Assembly (NCBI GenBank): GCA_016196785.1
Contig: JACPXA010000263.1
Location: 1-32,066, forward strand
DNA length: 32,066 nt
Direction: 5' to 3'
From: Elusimicrobiota bacterium
GTDB lineage: Bacteria; Elusimicrobiota; Elusimicrobia; 2-01-FULL-59-12; JACPXA01
The position numbers were made by a program, and so were the translations under genes. Of the stretch, positions 16,535 through 24,384 are shown piece after piece. Within the stretch, counting starts at the first letter, position 1. Each line of letters opens with the position of its first letter. Under the pieces are notes generated by a model. It saw only the letters and a list, made by a program, of their open reading frames with translations, was not told the DNA's origin and searched no databases.

Positions 16535-17382
16535 GGAGGGCGGGCACCCACGCCGGCCCCGGCTCTCTAACCTCTGTGAGTGAGGCATTCATTTATGGAC
16601 GGCGGCCGGTCCTGGAGGCCTTGTCGGCCAGGGGACGGGAGATCCGTCGCCTCTGGCTCGCTCAGGGGGCGCACGGGGCCGGCCTTCAGGAGATTGTCAC
16701 GCTCGCTCGTCAGGCCGGGGTCCCGTTTCGGTGGGTCCCCCACCCCCACTTGGATCGGTTTCTCCGTCAGCATGCCGGAGGACTTCCTTCCAAGAGTTCT
16801 GGTGTTCTCCACACTGGGAGTCTTGTCCTGGGACACCATCAAGGAGTAATCGCTGAGATCTCGCCAATTGCCATGCAGGACCTGAATGAATGGTTACCTC
16901 AGGTTCGGCAGAGCACGAACCCCGTTGTGCTCCTCCTTGATGAGCTGACTTCTCCTGATAACCTGGGGCACATCTTGCGCAGCGCTGCGGGGTTTGGCGT
17001 CCAGGGGGTTATCCTCCCTCGGTGGCGTTCAGTGGGGGTGACGCCAACGGTCATGAAGATCTCGTCGGGCGCTGCCGAGCATGTCTCGATCCTCAGCGTG
17101 ACCAACCTCAACCAGGCGAGCGACCAACTCAAAGAAGCCGGGTTTTGGCTCATCGGGGCGGATCCAACTGGGCGCCCCTGTTGGACGGTTGACCTCCGGC
17201 GGCCCCTGGCACTCGCCATCGGGAGCGAAGGCAAAGGGCTGCGCCCCTCCTTGAAAGCCCATTGTGACGACCTCCTCGGCGTCCCTCTGCCCGGCAAGGT
17301 CGCGTCCCTCAATGCCGCCACCGCCACCGCAATCCTGCTGTATGAAATTCATCGTCAACGGACGACATCCTCTCAAAAATAG
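16531..17382 (+). CDS. rlmB: TrmH/SpoU-family 23S rRNA 2'-O-methyltransferase (RlmB-like)
   Basis: FIYGRRPVLEAL N-terminal domain, LDELTSPDNLGHILRSAAGFG, IGSEGKGL, SLNAATATAILLYE. ATGA overlap with cysS. Confidence 0.85.
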   Translation: MRRAGTHAGPGSLTSVSEAFIYGRRPVLEALSARGREIRRLWLAQGAHGAGLQEIVTLARQAGVPFRWVPHPHLDRFLRQHAGGLPSKSSGVLHTGSLVLGHHQGVIAEISPIAMQDLNEWLPQVRQSTNPVVLLLDELTSPDNLGHILRSAAGFGVQGVILPRWRSVGVTPTVMKISSGAAEHVSILSVTNLNQASDQLKEAGFWLIGADPTGRPCWTVDLRRPLALAIGSEGKGLRPSLKAHCDDLLGVPLPGKVASLNAATATAILLYEIHRQRTTSSQK

Positions 17383-17501
17383 GTCTTGCCCTACACAAGC
17401 AGACACTTTTGCAAATGCGTTTGGTCGTAAAAAACCCTTGCAATCAATCATAAAAGAGACAAAACTATTCATGCAAGCCATTTCAAAACAATGAGGTCGG
17501 G

Positions 17502-19841
17502 ATGGGCTGGATAAAAAGCGGCGCTATTTTCTTGTCAGCCGTTACGGCTGTCCACCCCCTACTCACCGGAGCGCTGTTTGCAAAAGGAGGGGTGTCATTT
17601 ATCGCCCGTAGAGATTATCTGATCGGGCGCGGCCCTCAATCATCAGCAGAGATCTGGGACGGCCATGGACTTCGGTCGGTGGTCCTCGGCGATTTTAATA
17701 ATGACGGAATACAAGATACAGTTACGGTTAATTCGTTGGATGACAGACTCACAGTCTTTCTCGGTAACGGCGATGGAATACTCCAAGAAGCTCAAACTAT
17801 AGGGCTTGGTAGAAATCCTTGGGCAGTGGCCACGGGCGATTTCAATAGTGATGGGAGAGAAGACCTTGTGGTGGTCATGGCAGGTAGCGCCATTGTGTAC
17901 ATTCTCCTTGGTAATGGGAATGGTACCTTCCGACAAGGTGAGTGGATAGGGATTAGCGGAAGTGGTCCCAGGGGAGTCGCGGTCGGCGATTTCAACAGCG
18001 ATCAACGGCTAGACTTGGCAGTAACGACGGCGAATTTAAATGAGCTGTCGATCCATCTAGGCAATGGGGATGGAACCTTTCGAAGAGGGCAGATCATATC
18101 GGTTGGACGTAAGCCTGAGGCGGTCACGGTAGGTGATTTCAATGGGGATGGCCATCTAGATCTGGCGGTTGGAGATTCCGATTCTCGGTCATCGACAGTT
18201 TCCATCCTTTTAGGAGAAGGCAACGGCACATTTCGAATAGCGACCCTTGAAACAGCAGAACCAGAAATCCGGTCGATTGCTGTAGGAGACTTCAATGATG
18301 ACGGCCAAGAGGATTTGGCGATCGCCCCTTTTGATGGGTTAGACCGTATAGTCATTAAGCTTGGCAACGGAGATGGTACGTTTCGAGTGGCATCCCCGGT
18401 AGACATCGGAAGGATGGGCCTCGTTTCAGTTGCTATTGGAGACTTTAACGGTGATGACCGACAAGACCTGGCGGTCGTATGTGGTTTAGATCACCCATCG
18501 TATTCGGATACTTTGTCCATCGCCCTGGGGAATGGGGATGGGACGTTTCGACCGGCTCGGACTGTCTACGCAGGAAGACTACCATCGTCAGTCGCGATCG
18601 GGGAGTTTAATGGAGACGGTTTGCAGGATGTCGCTTTGACGAATCGGGGATCGGCCACACTGTCTATCCTTTTGGGCAATGGCGATGGGACGGTGAAAAC
18701 GGCCAACCTGGTGCAGCATCGGGATTTAGGTGATGGCGACTCATTAGTTCTCAGGGACTTCAATGGAGATGGCTATCTCGATGTCGTGATTGGCGATAGC
18801 CAATCACGTCTTCATGCACTATCCGTCTTTCTAGGGGAGGGAGATGGGACTTTCAGATTTGAGCGAAATCTCGAACTTGCAGGAGCGGGTGCTCGTTCCA
18901 TTTCGGTGGGCGATTTCAACGGTGATCGCCGTCCAGATTTTGCGGCCTTGACGTATCTTTATGACTCCGGGCTTTCTCATGACGACGTTGATGTCTTTGT
19001 TGGGAACGGAGATGGGACTTTCCGGAGGAGTCAGACGGTTATGGTGAGACCACGAGCTTTCCTTGGTTCTCTTGGTGCGGGTGATTTTAATGGGGATGGT
19101 CATCAAGACCTTGCTGTCACCTGTCGATCACCTAACGACCTGGCCTTGTGGGATGTTGCCGCCTTATTGGGAAACGGCGATGGGACATTTCGGATCACCT
19201 TCCCCATTACTGGATTGCGCGAATCTGTTGGTCCTTTGGTAGTGGGGGATTTCAATAACGATCGCCGAACTGACCTTGCTGTAGGGGGGCCGTCTTACTC
19301 AGAGGGCTTGGTTATCTTCCTGGGAAATGGGGATGCCACATTCAGAAGGGGTCAAACGCTTCAAGTGGGTTGGGAGGTGATCTCGATCGTTCCCGGAGAC
19401 TTTAACAGTGACGACCGACAGGATCTAGTAGTCGTTAGGGACTCACCGGATGGGGCGATCTTTTTAGGGAATGGCGATGGGACGTTTCAAGCACCACGGA
19501 CGGTTAGGTTCGGAAGAGCCCCAGGAGGAGCCACGATTGGCGACTTCAATGGTGATGGCCAGCTGGACTTAGCCGTAACAGACGGACATGACATGAGGAG
19601 GGTCAGCTCATGGTTTAATCGGGGTTCAGACACCGTGGCCGTCTTGCTCGGCAACGGGGATGGTTCATTTCAGCCTGCGCAACACTTCGGGGCAGGCTTT
19701 ATCCCTACGGCGGTTGACTCGGGGGATATCAATAAGGATGGTCTCGAAGATATAGTAGCGGCTAATTCATTTGAGTCTTCTCTTGAGGGAGGTAGACACT
19801 TTTCCGTCCTGATCAATGACACCCATAGAAAGAAGCCCTGA
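17502..19841 (+). CDS. Secreted FG-GAP/VCBS-repeat protein, 14 blades (two predicted 7-bladed beta-propellers)
   Basis: Signal-like N-terminus. 14 copies of GDFN(G/S/N/D)D(G/R)xxDLAV alternating with LGNGDGTF. Visibly lower G+C and A/T-ending codons (gat ttt aat aat gac gga ata caa gat aca). Confidence 0.85.
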   Translation: MGWIKSGAIFLSAVTAVHPLLTGALFAKGGVSFIARRDYLIGRGPQSSAEIWDGHGLRSVVLGDFNNDGIQDTVTVNSLDDRLTVFLGNGDGILQEAQTIGLGRNPWAVATGDFNSDGREDLVVVMAGSAIVYILLGNGNGTFRQGEWIGISGSGPRGVAVGDFNSDQRLDLAVTTANLNELSIHLGNGDGTFRRGQIISVGRKPEAVTVGDFNGDGHLDLAVGDSDSRSSTVSILLGEGNGTFRIATLETAEPEIRSIAVGDFNDDGQEDLAIAPFDGLDRIVIKLGNGDGTFRVASPVDIGRMGLVSVAIGDFNGDDRQDLAVVCGLDHPSYSDTLSIALGNGDGTFRPARTVYAGRLPSSVAIGEFNGDGLQDVALTNRGSATLSILLGNGDGTVKTANLVQHRDLGDGDSLVLRDFNGDGYLDVVIGDSQSRLHALSVFLGEGDGTFRFERNLELAGAGARSISVGDFNGDRRPDFAALTYLYDSGLSHDDVDVFVGNGDGTFRRSQTVMVRPRAFLGSLGAGDFNGDGHQDLAVTCRSPNDLALWDVAALLGNGDGTFRITFPITGLRESVGPLVVGDFNNDRRTDLAVGGPSYSEGLVIFLGNGDATFRRGQTLQVGWEVISIVPGDFNSDDRQDLVVVRDSPDGAIFLGNGDGTFQAPRTVRFGRAPGGATIGDFNGDGQLDLAVTDGHDMRRVSSWFNRGSDTVAVLLGNGDGSFQPAQHFGAGFIPTAVDSGDINKDGLEDIVAANSFESSLEGGRHFSVLINDTHRKKP

Positions 19842-20005
19842 TTTTCTGGACTTATCCTACTTTTGACATCCCCAGTAAATGATGAAGGCAATTTTGAGGT
19901 GACTACGCAAGCCTTTCATCGCTTGATACATTTAGAGGTGACCGGGGGAACTAAAAGGGGAGCATTACACAAACGCGTTCCCTGAATCATAGCGCGGGAA
20001 AGGTT

Positions 20006-20014
20006 TGCTACAAT
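20006..20014 (+). promoter_or_regulatory. Extended -10 (TGcTACAAT) upstream of the toxin-antitoxin pair
   Basis: TACAAT at 20009-20014 with TG at 20006-20007. Strong SD GGAGG at 20033-20037, 8 nt before ATG 20046. Confidence 0.4.
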
Positions 20015-20045
20015 CTTACCATCACAAATCAAGGAGGAGACATTC

Positions 20046-20270
20046 ATGGAACGCATTGTTGTTGATCCAAGGATCCTGGGGGGAAAACCCATCATCAAAG
20101 GCACCCGAATCGCGGTGAGCTTTATTCTAGACCTCTTAGCCTCTGGTATGACACCGGCTGAGATCGTGGCCGAGTACCCCCAGCTAACCGAGAAAGACGT
20201 TCTAACCGCGACTCGGTACGCGGCGTTCTTGCTGCAGAAAGAGTACGTGATTTTAAAAAAGGCAAGCTGA
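20046..20270 (+). CDS. DUF433-type putative antitoxin (74 aa)
   Basis: IVVDPRILGGKPIIKGTRIAVSFILDLLASGMTPAEIVAEYPQLTEKDV matches my memory of the DUF433 signature. Strong SD. Confidence 0.75.
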   Translation: MERIVVDPRILGGKPIIKGTRIAVSFILDLLASGMTPAEIVAEYPQLTEKDVLTATRYAAFLLQKEYVILKKAS

Positions 20271-20279
20271 GCCTTCTCC

Positions 20280-20633
20280 ATGCAGTTTCTTGTGGATGAA
20301 AATGTAGCACATTCTACGGTTCAGTTCCTCCGTTTGTTAGGTCACGATGTCCTCGATGTAAAGGAAGAGCATTGGTTTGGATTGCCCGATGACAAGCTAG
20401 TTCGCATTGCTAGACGCGAACAGCGAATTATTCTTACCCTGGATAAGGATTTTGGGAATATTCTAGTCTTCCCGCCCAAGCAAGCGGTAGGAGTTCTCCT
20501 CATCGATCTGCGGAATCCTCATCCTACGGCTGTCAATTCCCTGCTCAAGTCTTTTCTGAAAGGGAAGAACGATGCGTTCTTCCGTCACAAACTGTTCCTA
20601 CTGAACGAATGGCAGGTCCGCATAAGAGAATAA
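20280..20633 (+). CDS. DUF5615 / Mut7-C-like PIN-fold putative toxin (117 aa)
   Basis: MQFLVDENV..VQFLRLLGHDV..ILTLDKDF, the usual partner of DUF433. 9-nt gap after the antitoxin. Confidence 0.7.
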   Translation: MQFLVDENVAHSTVQFLRLLGHDVLDVKEEHWFGLPDDKLVRIARREQRIILTLDKDFGNILVFPPKQAVGVLLIDLRNPHPTAVNSLLKSFLKGKNDAFFRHKLFLLNEWQVRIRE

Positions 20634-20636
20634 AAC

Positions 20637-20709
20637 GCCGGCGTAGCTCAACTGGTAGAGCAGCTGCTTTGTAAGCAGTTGGTTGGAGGTTCGAGTCCTC
20701 TCGCCGGCT
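20637..20709 (+). tRNA. tRNA-Thr (anticodon UGU)
   Basis: Cloverleaf folded by hand: acceptor GCCGGCG/CGCCGGC, D arm GCTC..GAGC, anticodon loop TTTGTAA, T arm GGAGG-TTCGAGT-CCTCT. 73 nt, no encoded CCA. Confidence 0.9.
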
Positions 20710-20770
20710 CATTATTAAAGGGGGCTAACCCCCAGCCCGAAAAGACGTACAATACAATGGGTGAGAAAAG

Positions 20771-21193
20771 ATGAGTGAACGGATTTTTCGCTACACGATG
20801 TCCCCGCGCTGCTTTCGGTATAAAGAGGAAGCCATCCTGAACCATGCTCCTGAGAGCCCGGGGGTCTTCGAATTTGTGACATTCGATGCCGCCGGGCAGG
20901 CGAAGGTGCTGTATCTCGGACTCGCGCATCGGAATATGGCGGAAGCGCTGCGAGCGCATCTCCAAGGTGTTCAGCAGCCGTCGGTGGAAGCGTTGCTTCA
21001 GCGGTATCCGGACCTCTACTTCGATTACGTGGAGTGGTCCGATGCTCAGGGTCCCGAGGATCTCCAAGATCTCGCCGCCGCGCTCTCCCATCAATGTCAG
21101 CCACCCCACAACCCTGAACCGCTTGCGTTCACGGACCGGTACCAGCAGGTCAAGCTGCAGGAGATCGAGCTTCCCATGATTCAGCCCCATTGA
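20771..21193 (+). CDS. Hypothetical protein (140 aa) with a degenerate GIY-YIG-like N-terminal motif
   Basis: ATG preceded by GGTGAG. PGVFEF..AKVLYLGLAH.NMAEALRAHL resembles GIY..YIG..R. Competing minus-strand ORFs overlap the tRNA and look spurious. Confidence 0.5.
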   Translation: MSERIFRYTMSPRCFRYKEEAILNHAPESPGVFEFVTFDAAGQAKVLYLGLAHRNMAEALRAHLQGVQQPSVEALLQRYPDLYFDYVEWSDAQGPEDLQDLAAALSHQCQPPHNPEPLAFTDRYQQVKLQEIELPMIQPH

Positions 21194-21222
21194 CGTTTCA
21201 CGTCCACTTCATTCAGTAGGCC

Positions 21223-21855
21223 ATGCACCTATTGGCAGCGCTTCTGTTGGCGGTAGCGATTGGAGGACACGCCACGATGAGTGAGGCGATACAGCAACAG
21301 GCAGGCCAGACTACACCCAGCGGGAGAAGCCTAGTGAAAGCGACGTTTGCCGGGGGATGTTTTTGGTGTATGCAGCCGCCCTTTGAACAATTGCCTGGGG
21401 TGGTCAGGGTGACCGCTGGCTATACCGGCGGCCACAAGGCGAATCCTACCTATGAAGAAGTCTGCTCTGGGACCACCGGCCATGCCGAAGCGGTGCAGGT
21501 CCTCGTTGATCCCACCCAGGTTTCCTACGACAAGCTCCTCGAGGTCTTTTGGCGCAACATTGATCCCACAACCACCAACGCCCAGTTTGCTGACGTCGGC
21601 ACCCAATACCGGACCGCTATCTTTTATCACTCAGAGGAGCAGCGAACGCTGGCCCAGGCGTCCAAAGCGAAGCTTGCACAATCCGGCAAGTTCCCCAAGC
21701 CTATCGTGACGGAGATCGTCCCAGCCTCGACGTTTTACCCTGCGGAAGACTATCATCAGGGATATTACAAGAAGAGCCCAGCGCATTACAAAGCCTACCG
21801 CGCCGGCTCTGGCCGCGCGACCTTCCTAGAAAAGACCTGGGGCAAAGGCCGGTAG
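21223..21855 (+). CDS. msrA: Peptide methionine (S)-sulfoxide reductase MsrA, with signal peptide
   Basis: ATFAGGCFWCMQPPF..GVVRVTAGYTGG..NPTYEEVCSGTTGHAEAVQV, hydrophobic N-terminal leader. Confidence 0.92.
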   Translation: MHLLAALLLAVAIGGHATMSEAIQQQAGQTTPSGRSLVKATFAGGCFWCMQPPFEQLPGVVRVTAGYTGGHKANPTYEEVCSGTTGHAEAVQVLVDPTQVSYDKLLEVFWRNIDPTTTNAQFADVGTQYRTAIFYHSEEQRTLAQASKAKLAQSGKFPKPIVTEIVPASTFYPAEDYHQGYYKKSPAHYKAYRAGSGRATFLEKTWGKGR

Positions 21856-21934
21856 CCTAAACTTTTGATCGCAAATCCTTGCATCGGGGCTTTTTTGCCA
21901 CAAGGGCTTTACTCATGTGTGGGAGAAAACTCGT

Positions 21935-21965
21935 TTGACATCCCCGTCGTCGGATTTGGTATGAT
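21935..21965 (+). promoter_or_regulatory. Putative promoter of tRNA-Tyr (TTGACA-19-TATGAT, extended -10 TG)
   Basis: TTGACA at 21935-21940, TGgTATGAT at 21957-21965, 21 nt before the tRNA 5' end. The 19-nt spacer is longer than ideal. Confidence 0.45.
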
Positions 21966-21986
21966 AGGCCACGCCGTTCAAGGGCC

Positions 21987-22071
21987 GGACGGGTGGCAGA
22001 GCGGCCAATTGCACCAGACTGTAAATCTGGCGGGCTGACGCCCTTCGGAGGTTCGAATCCTCCCCCGTCCA
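21987..22071 (+). tRNA. tRNA-Tyr (anticodon GUA), long variable arm
   Basis: Acceptor GGACGGG/CCCGTCC, anticodon loop CTGTAAA, variable stem-loop GGGCtgacGCCC, T arm GGAGG-TTCGAAT-CCTCC. 85 nt. Confidence 0.9.
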
Positions 22072-22090
22072 GAATTAAAGGAGGTTACGA

Positions 22091-22357
22091 ATGGAGAAAC
22101 GCATTAATCGTGTAGGGGTTGGATCGGTCTTGAAGATATCGGCCGTTTTGGGGCTGGTGGTAGGAGTCATCGTCGGGATCGTCCTCGCCATCGTCAGTTT
22201 CTTCAACAAACAGTGGTTGGAGGGAGGGGTCTCACTCGTTCTGGCACCGGTGCTCTACGGGGGCGTGGGGGCGTTGGTGAATGCCTTGATGGCCTGGGTT
22301 TACAACATCATTGCCGGGAAGGTTGGTGGAATCGTCATCTCGCTAGAAGACCGTTAG
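22091..22357 (+). CDS. Small membrane protein, DUF3566-like (88 aa)
   Basis: Strong SD AAAGGAGG. SVLKISAVLGLVVGVIVGIVLAIV.. and the C-terminal WVYNIIAGKVGGIVISLE resemble DUF3566 as I recall it. Confidence 0.65.
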   Translation: MEKRINRVGVGSVLKISAVLGLVVGVIVGIVLAIVSFFNKQWLEGGVSLVLAPVLYGGVGALVNALMAWVYNIIAGKVGGIVISLEDR

Positions 22358-22379
22358 GCTGTTTTTATCATTCCCGCAG

Positions 22380-22422
22380 GGCCACCCCCGGGTTCACCCT
22401 GAGGGTGGCCGTTATTTTTTTT
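22380..22422 (+). terminator. Rho-independent terminator
   Basis: GGCCACCC (22380-22387) pairs with GGGTGGCC (22403-22410), followed by GTTATTTTTTTT. Confidence 0.7.
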
Positions 22423-22593
22423 CAGAGGAATCACGAACAGCGTGTGTTTTAGGAGCCTGTCCGAGTATTCCGTTTCGGCTGCACCGGCAGGCTGTTGGCC
22501 TGCGCCGGCGTCAAGCTCGCTCGGCATACGTTCCGTCGTCAAGTATGCCCTCGCTCGCTTTCCTTGGCTCGGCACAACAGCCGCCGGTTCGCC

Positions 22594-23931
22594 ATGAAAG
22601 CCATACTCAGACAGGCTCCTAGAGCACAACGGTGGACGGCGGTGTGTTCCTCCCTCGCCTTGTTCGGTTTGAATGTCTGGGGTGGAGGAGGATGCGCCAG
22701 GAACCTCGTCACCCACCGTCCTTCAGTCAAACTCATCAGCGAGAAGACGGAGATTCATATTGGGCAACAGGTGAAGGAAGAAATCGTCAAGGAGTATAGC
22801 GTCTTCAAGAGCTCGGATGTGCAAACCTACGTGGAGGCAGTGACCAGAAAGATTACTGAGGCCTCAGATCGTCCTCGTTTAACCTACCATGTGACCATCC
22901 TTGACACCGAGGTTGTGAATGCCTTCGCTGCGCCGGGAGGGTTTCTCTTCGTGACGCGTGGCTTGTTAGCGGTCATAGCGGATGAGGCGGAGTTCGCGGC
23001 GGTCCTGGCCCACGAGGTAGGTCACGTGGCGGCATGGCATGGGATTAGCATGCTCGAACGGCAGATGGGGTTGGCGTTTTTGGTGGCGCTGGGGACGATT
23101 ACCGTGGGAACAACCCTGGGGGGAGCGGCGGCGGAAATGGTGGCACAGGCGTCGAGTACCCTGGCTAGCCTCTACGCGCTCGGGTATAGTCGCGAGTATG
23201 AGCTGCAGGCGGATGAAGCGGGGTTGCGGTATACCTTGCGGGCTGGGTACGACCCCGAGGCCATGGTGACCTTTCTTCAACGCCTCAAACGGCTGGAAGA
23301 AGAGGAATCCATCCCGGCTGAGCGGGTCGAGCTCTTCTATCGGACCCACCCCCCTACCAAACAACGCATCCGGCTGGCGAAACGATGGCTCGCGAAGACC
23401 GATTTACGGAGTGCGCCACTGGCCTATCATGCAGATCAATATCTCGCGATGCGGAAGAAACTACCGACTGGGGAGCCACCAGAACGTGGCCGTGTGGAAG
23501 GACGCCGTTATATGAATCCCGTCTATGGACTCAAGTTGGAAGTGCCTCCCCACTGGACGTTGGATAATAGTCGCGTGCGTTCGCTCGTCGGTTTTGTCTC
23601 GCCGGATCAGCAAGCGCGGGGAGAGCTCCAACGGCAACCCTTGGAAAAGGAGATGACGCCGCTGGAGTTCGGTCAGTCCGTTGAGAAACAGTGGGGGGTA
23701 CCCAAGCCGGCCGGCAAGCAGGTCTCGTATCCGGCAGGGCCCGCCTTCCTCGATCGTGTCTCCGGGGGCAGGGTCCAGCGGCGCATCCTGTGTGTGGTCC
23801 GCGGGAAGGTTGGCTATGTCCTGCTCTGTGAGGCGCCAGTTGAGACGTTTCTCAAGTACCTCGTAGAATTTGAGCAGATCATGCGTAGCTTCCAGTTTGT
23901 CTCCCCAGAGAAGCCCACTTTGACGCCCTAG
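22594..23931 (+). CDS. M48-family zinc metallopeptidase, exported or lipoprotein-like
   Basis: HEVGH in AVLAHEVGHVAAWH, downstream YSREYELQADEAG, signal-like LALFGLNVWGGGGC. ATG 22594 preferred over the track start 22495, whose extension is Arg/Cys-rich. Confidence 0.85.
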   Translation: MKAILRQAPRAQRWTAVCSSLALFGLNVWGGGGCARNLVTHRPSVKLISEKTEIHIGQQVKEEIVKEYSVFKSSDVQTYVEAVTRKITEASDRPRLTYHVTILDTEVVNAFAAPGGFLFVTRGLLAVIADEAEFAAVLAHEVGHVAAWHGISMLERQMGLAFLVALGTITVGTTLGGAAAEMVAQASSTLASLYALGYSREYELQADEAGLRYTLRAGYDPEAMVTFLQRLKRLEEEESIPAERVELFYRTHPPTKQRIRLAKRWLAKTDLRSAPLAYHADQYLAMRKKLPTGEPPERGRVEGRRYMNPVYGLKLEVPPHWTLDNSRVRSLVGFVSPDQQARGELQRQPLEKEMTPLEFGQSVEKQWGVPKPAGKQVSYPAGPAFLDRVSGGRVQRRILCVVRGKVGYVLLCEAPVETFLKYLVEFEQIMRSFQFVSPEKPTLTP

Positions 23932-23948
23932 GACAAGTTTGGTACACT
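23920..23948 (+). promoter_or_regulatory. Putative promoter of tRNA-Gly/tRNA-Thr/rpmG (TTGACG-17-TACACT, extended -10 TG)
   Basis: TTGACG at 23920-23925, 17-nt spacer, TGgTACACT at 23940-23948. Overlaps the 3' end of the M48 CDS. tRNA starts at 23964. Confidence 0.5.
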
Positions 23949-23963
23949 CTCGTCGGTGACTAG

Positions 23964-24034
23964 GCGGGTGTAGTTGAGTGGCTCAACACCTCCCTTCCAA
24001 GGAGGATACACGGGTTCGATTCCCGTCACCCGCT
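23964..24034 (+). tRNA. tRNA-Gly (anticodon UCC)
   Basis: Acceptor GCGGGTG/CACCCGC, anticodon arm CCTCC-CTTCCAA-GGAGG, T arm ACGGG-TTCGATT-CCCGT. 71 nt. Confidence 0.9.
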
Positions 24035-24043
24035 CCGTTAGAG

Positions 24044-24119
24044 GCTGGGGTAGCTCAGTCGGCAGAGCACGTGCATGGTAAGCACGAGGTCACGGGTTCG
24101 ATTCCCGTCCCCAGCTCCA
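24044..24119 (+). tRNA. tRNA-Thr (anticodon GGU), CCA encoded
   Basis: Acceptor GCTGGGG/CCCCAGC, anticodon arm CGTGC-ATGGTAA-GCACG, T arm ACGGG-TTCGATT-CCCGT, terminal TCCA. Confidence 0.9.
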
Positions 24120-24152
24120 GTGTAGTCATTTCGGCTAAGAGGAGTTATTCCA

Positions 24153-24305
24153 GTGGCTGAGCGGGTTATCGTCACGTTAGCGTGTAGTGAATGCAAACGC
24201 CGGAACTATCACTTTGCCCGTGGGAAGAAGAAGGAGTTCAAACTCGAGCTTAAGAAGTTTTGCCGGGCCTGTGGGCATCAGACCCTCCACCGAGAGACCA
24301 AATAG
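24153..24305 (+). CDS. rpmG: 50S ribosomal protein L33 (50 aa, zinc-ribbon CxxC..CxxC form; below the ORF-track cutoff)
   Basis: GTG 24153 preceded by AAGAGGAG. Translation: MAERVIVTLACSECKRRNYHFARGKKKEFKLELKKFCRACGHQTLHRETK*. Confidence 0.9.
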   Translation: MAERVIVTLACSECKRRNYHFARGKKKEFKLELKKFCRACGHQTLHRETK

Positions 24306-24313
24306 CATTTAGA

Positions 24314-24343
24314 TTGACAGACAATGCAAAAGTTCGGTACAAT
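24314..24343 (+). promoter_or_regulatory. Near-consensus sigma70 promoter TTGACA-18-TACAAT
   Basis: TTGACA at 24314-24319, TACAAT at 24338-24343. Predicted +1 around 24350. Confidence 0.5.
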
Positions 24344-24350
24344 AAAATCA

Positions 24351-24376
24351 CCCTTCGGCTCGCGAGGGGCCTTTTT
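24351..24376. terminator. Hairpin with bidirectional-terminator geometry (rpmG terminator and/or 5' element of the downstream RNA)
   Basis: CCCTTCG-gctcg-CGAGGGG (7 bp, one G-U pair), preceded by AAAA and followed by CCTTTTT. Confidence 0.5.
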
Positions 24377-24384
24377 ATGTCTTT

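Noticed and set aside
17502-19841. Regular ~170-190 nt DNA periodicity that could be mistaken for a repeat array or CRISPR
   Set aside because: The periodicity is the coding repeat of a 14-blade FG-GAP protein in one continuous ORF. The units are divergent at the DNA level, and there is no short identical repeat with unique spacers.
19893-19942. Direct repeat GAGGTGAC (19896-19903 and 19935-19942) upstream of the TA operon as a possible operator or att site
   Set aside because: It is only 8 bp, with no dyad symmetry, and lies well upstream of the predicted -10. That is too short to distinguish from chance.
17383-20770. Classical tRNA-targeted integrative island
   Set aside because: There is no integrase, recombinase or transposase ORF. 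I found no direct repeat of the tRNA-Thr 3' end at the rlmB-proximal boundary. The islet lies 5' of the tRNA rather than at its 3' end. It is kept only as a compositional islet.
20648-21190. Minus-strand ORFs (180 aa and 129 aa) overlapping tRNA-Thr and the + strand hypothetical gene
   Set aside because: They overlap the tRNA gene, have no SD, and have an Arg/Pro-rich composition. The + strand ORF has a better start context.
22495-22593. Upstream extension of the M48 peptidase ORF, and a hairpin GGCATAC-n13-GTATGCC (22523-22549) flanked by CTCGCTCG direct repeats
   Set aside because: The extension is Arg/Cys-rich and precedes a normal signal peptide starting at ATG 22594. The hairpin may be a 5'-UTR element, but I cannot assign any function from sequence alone.
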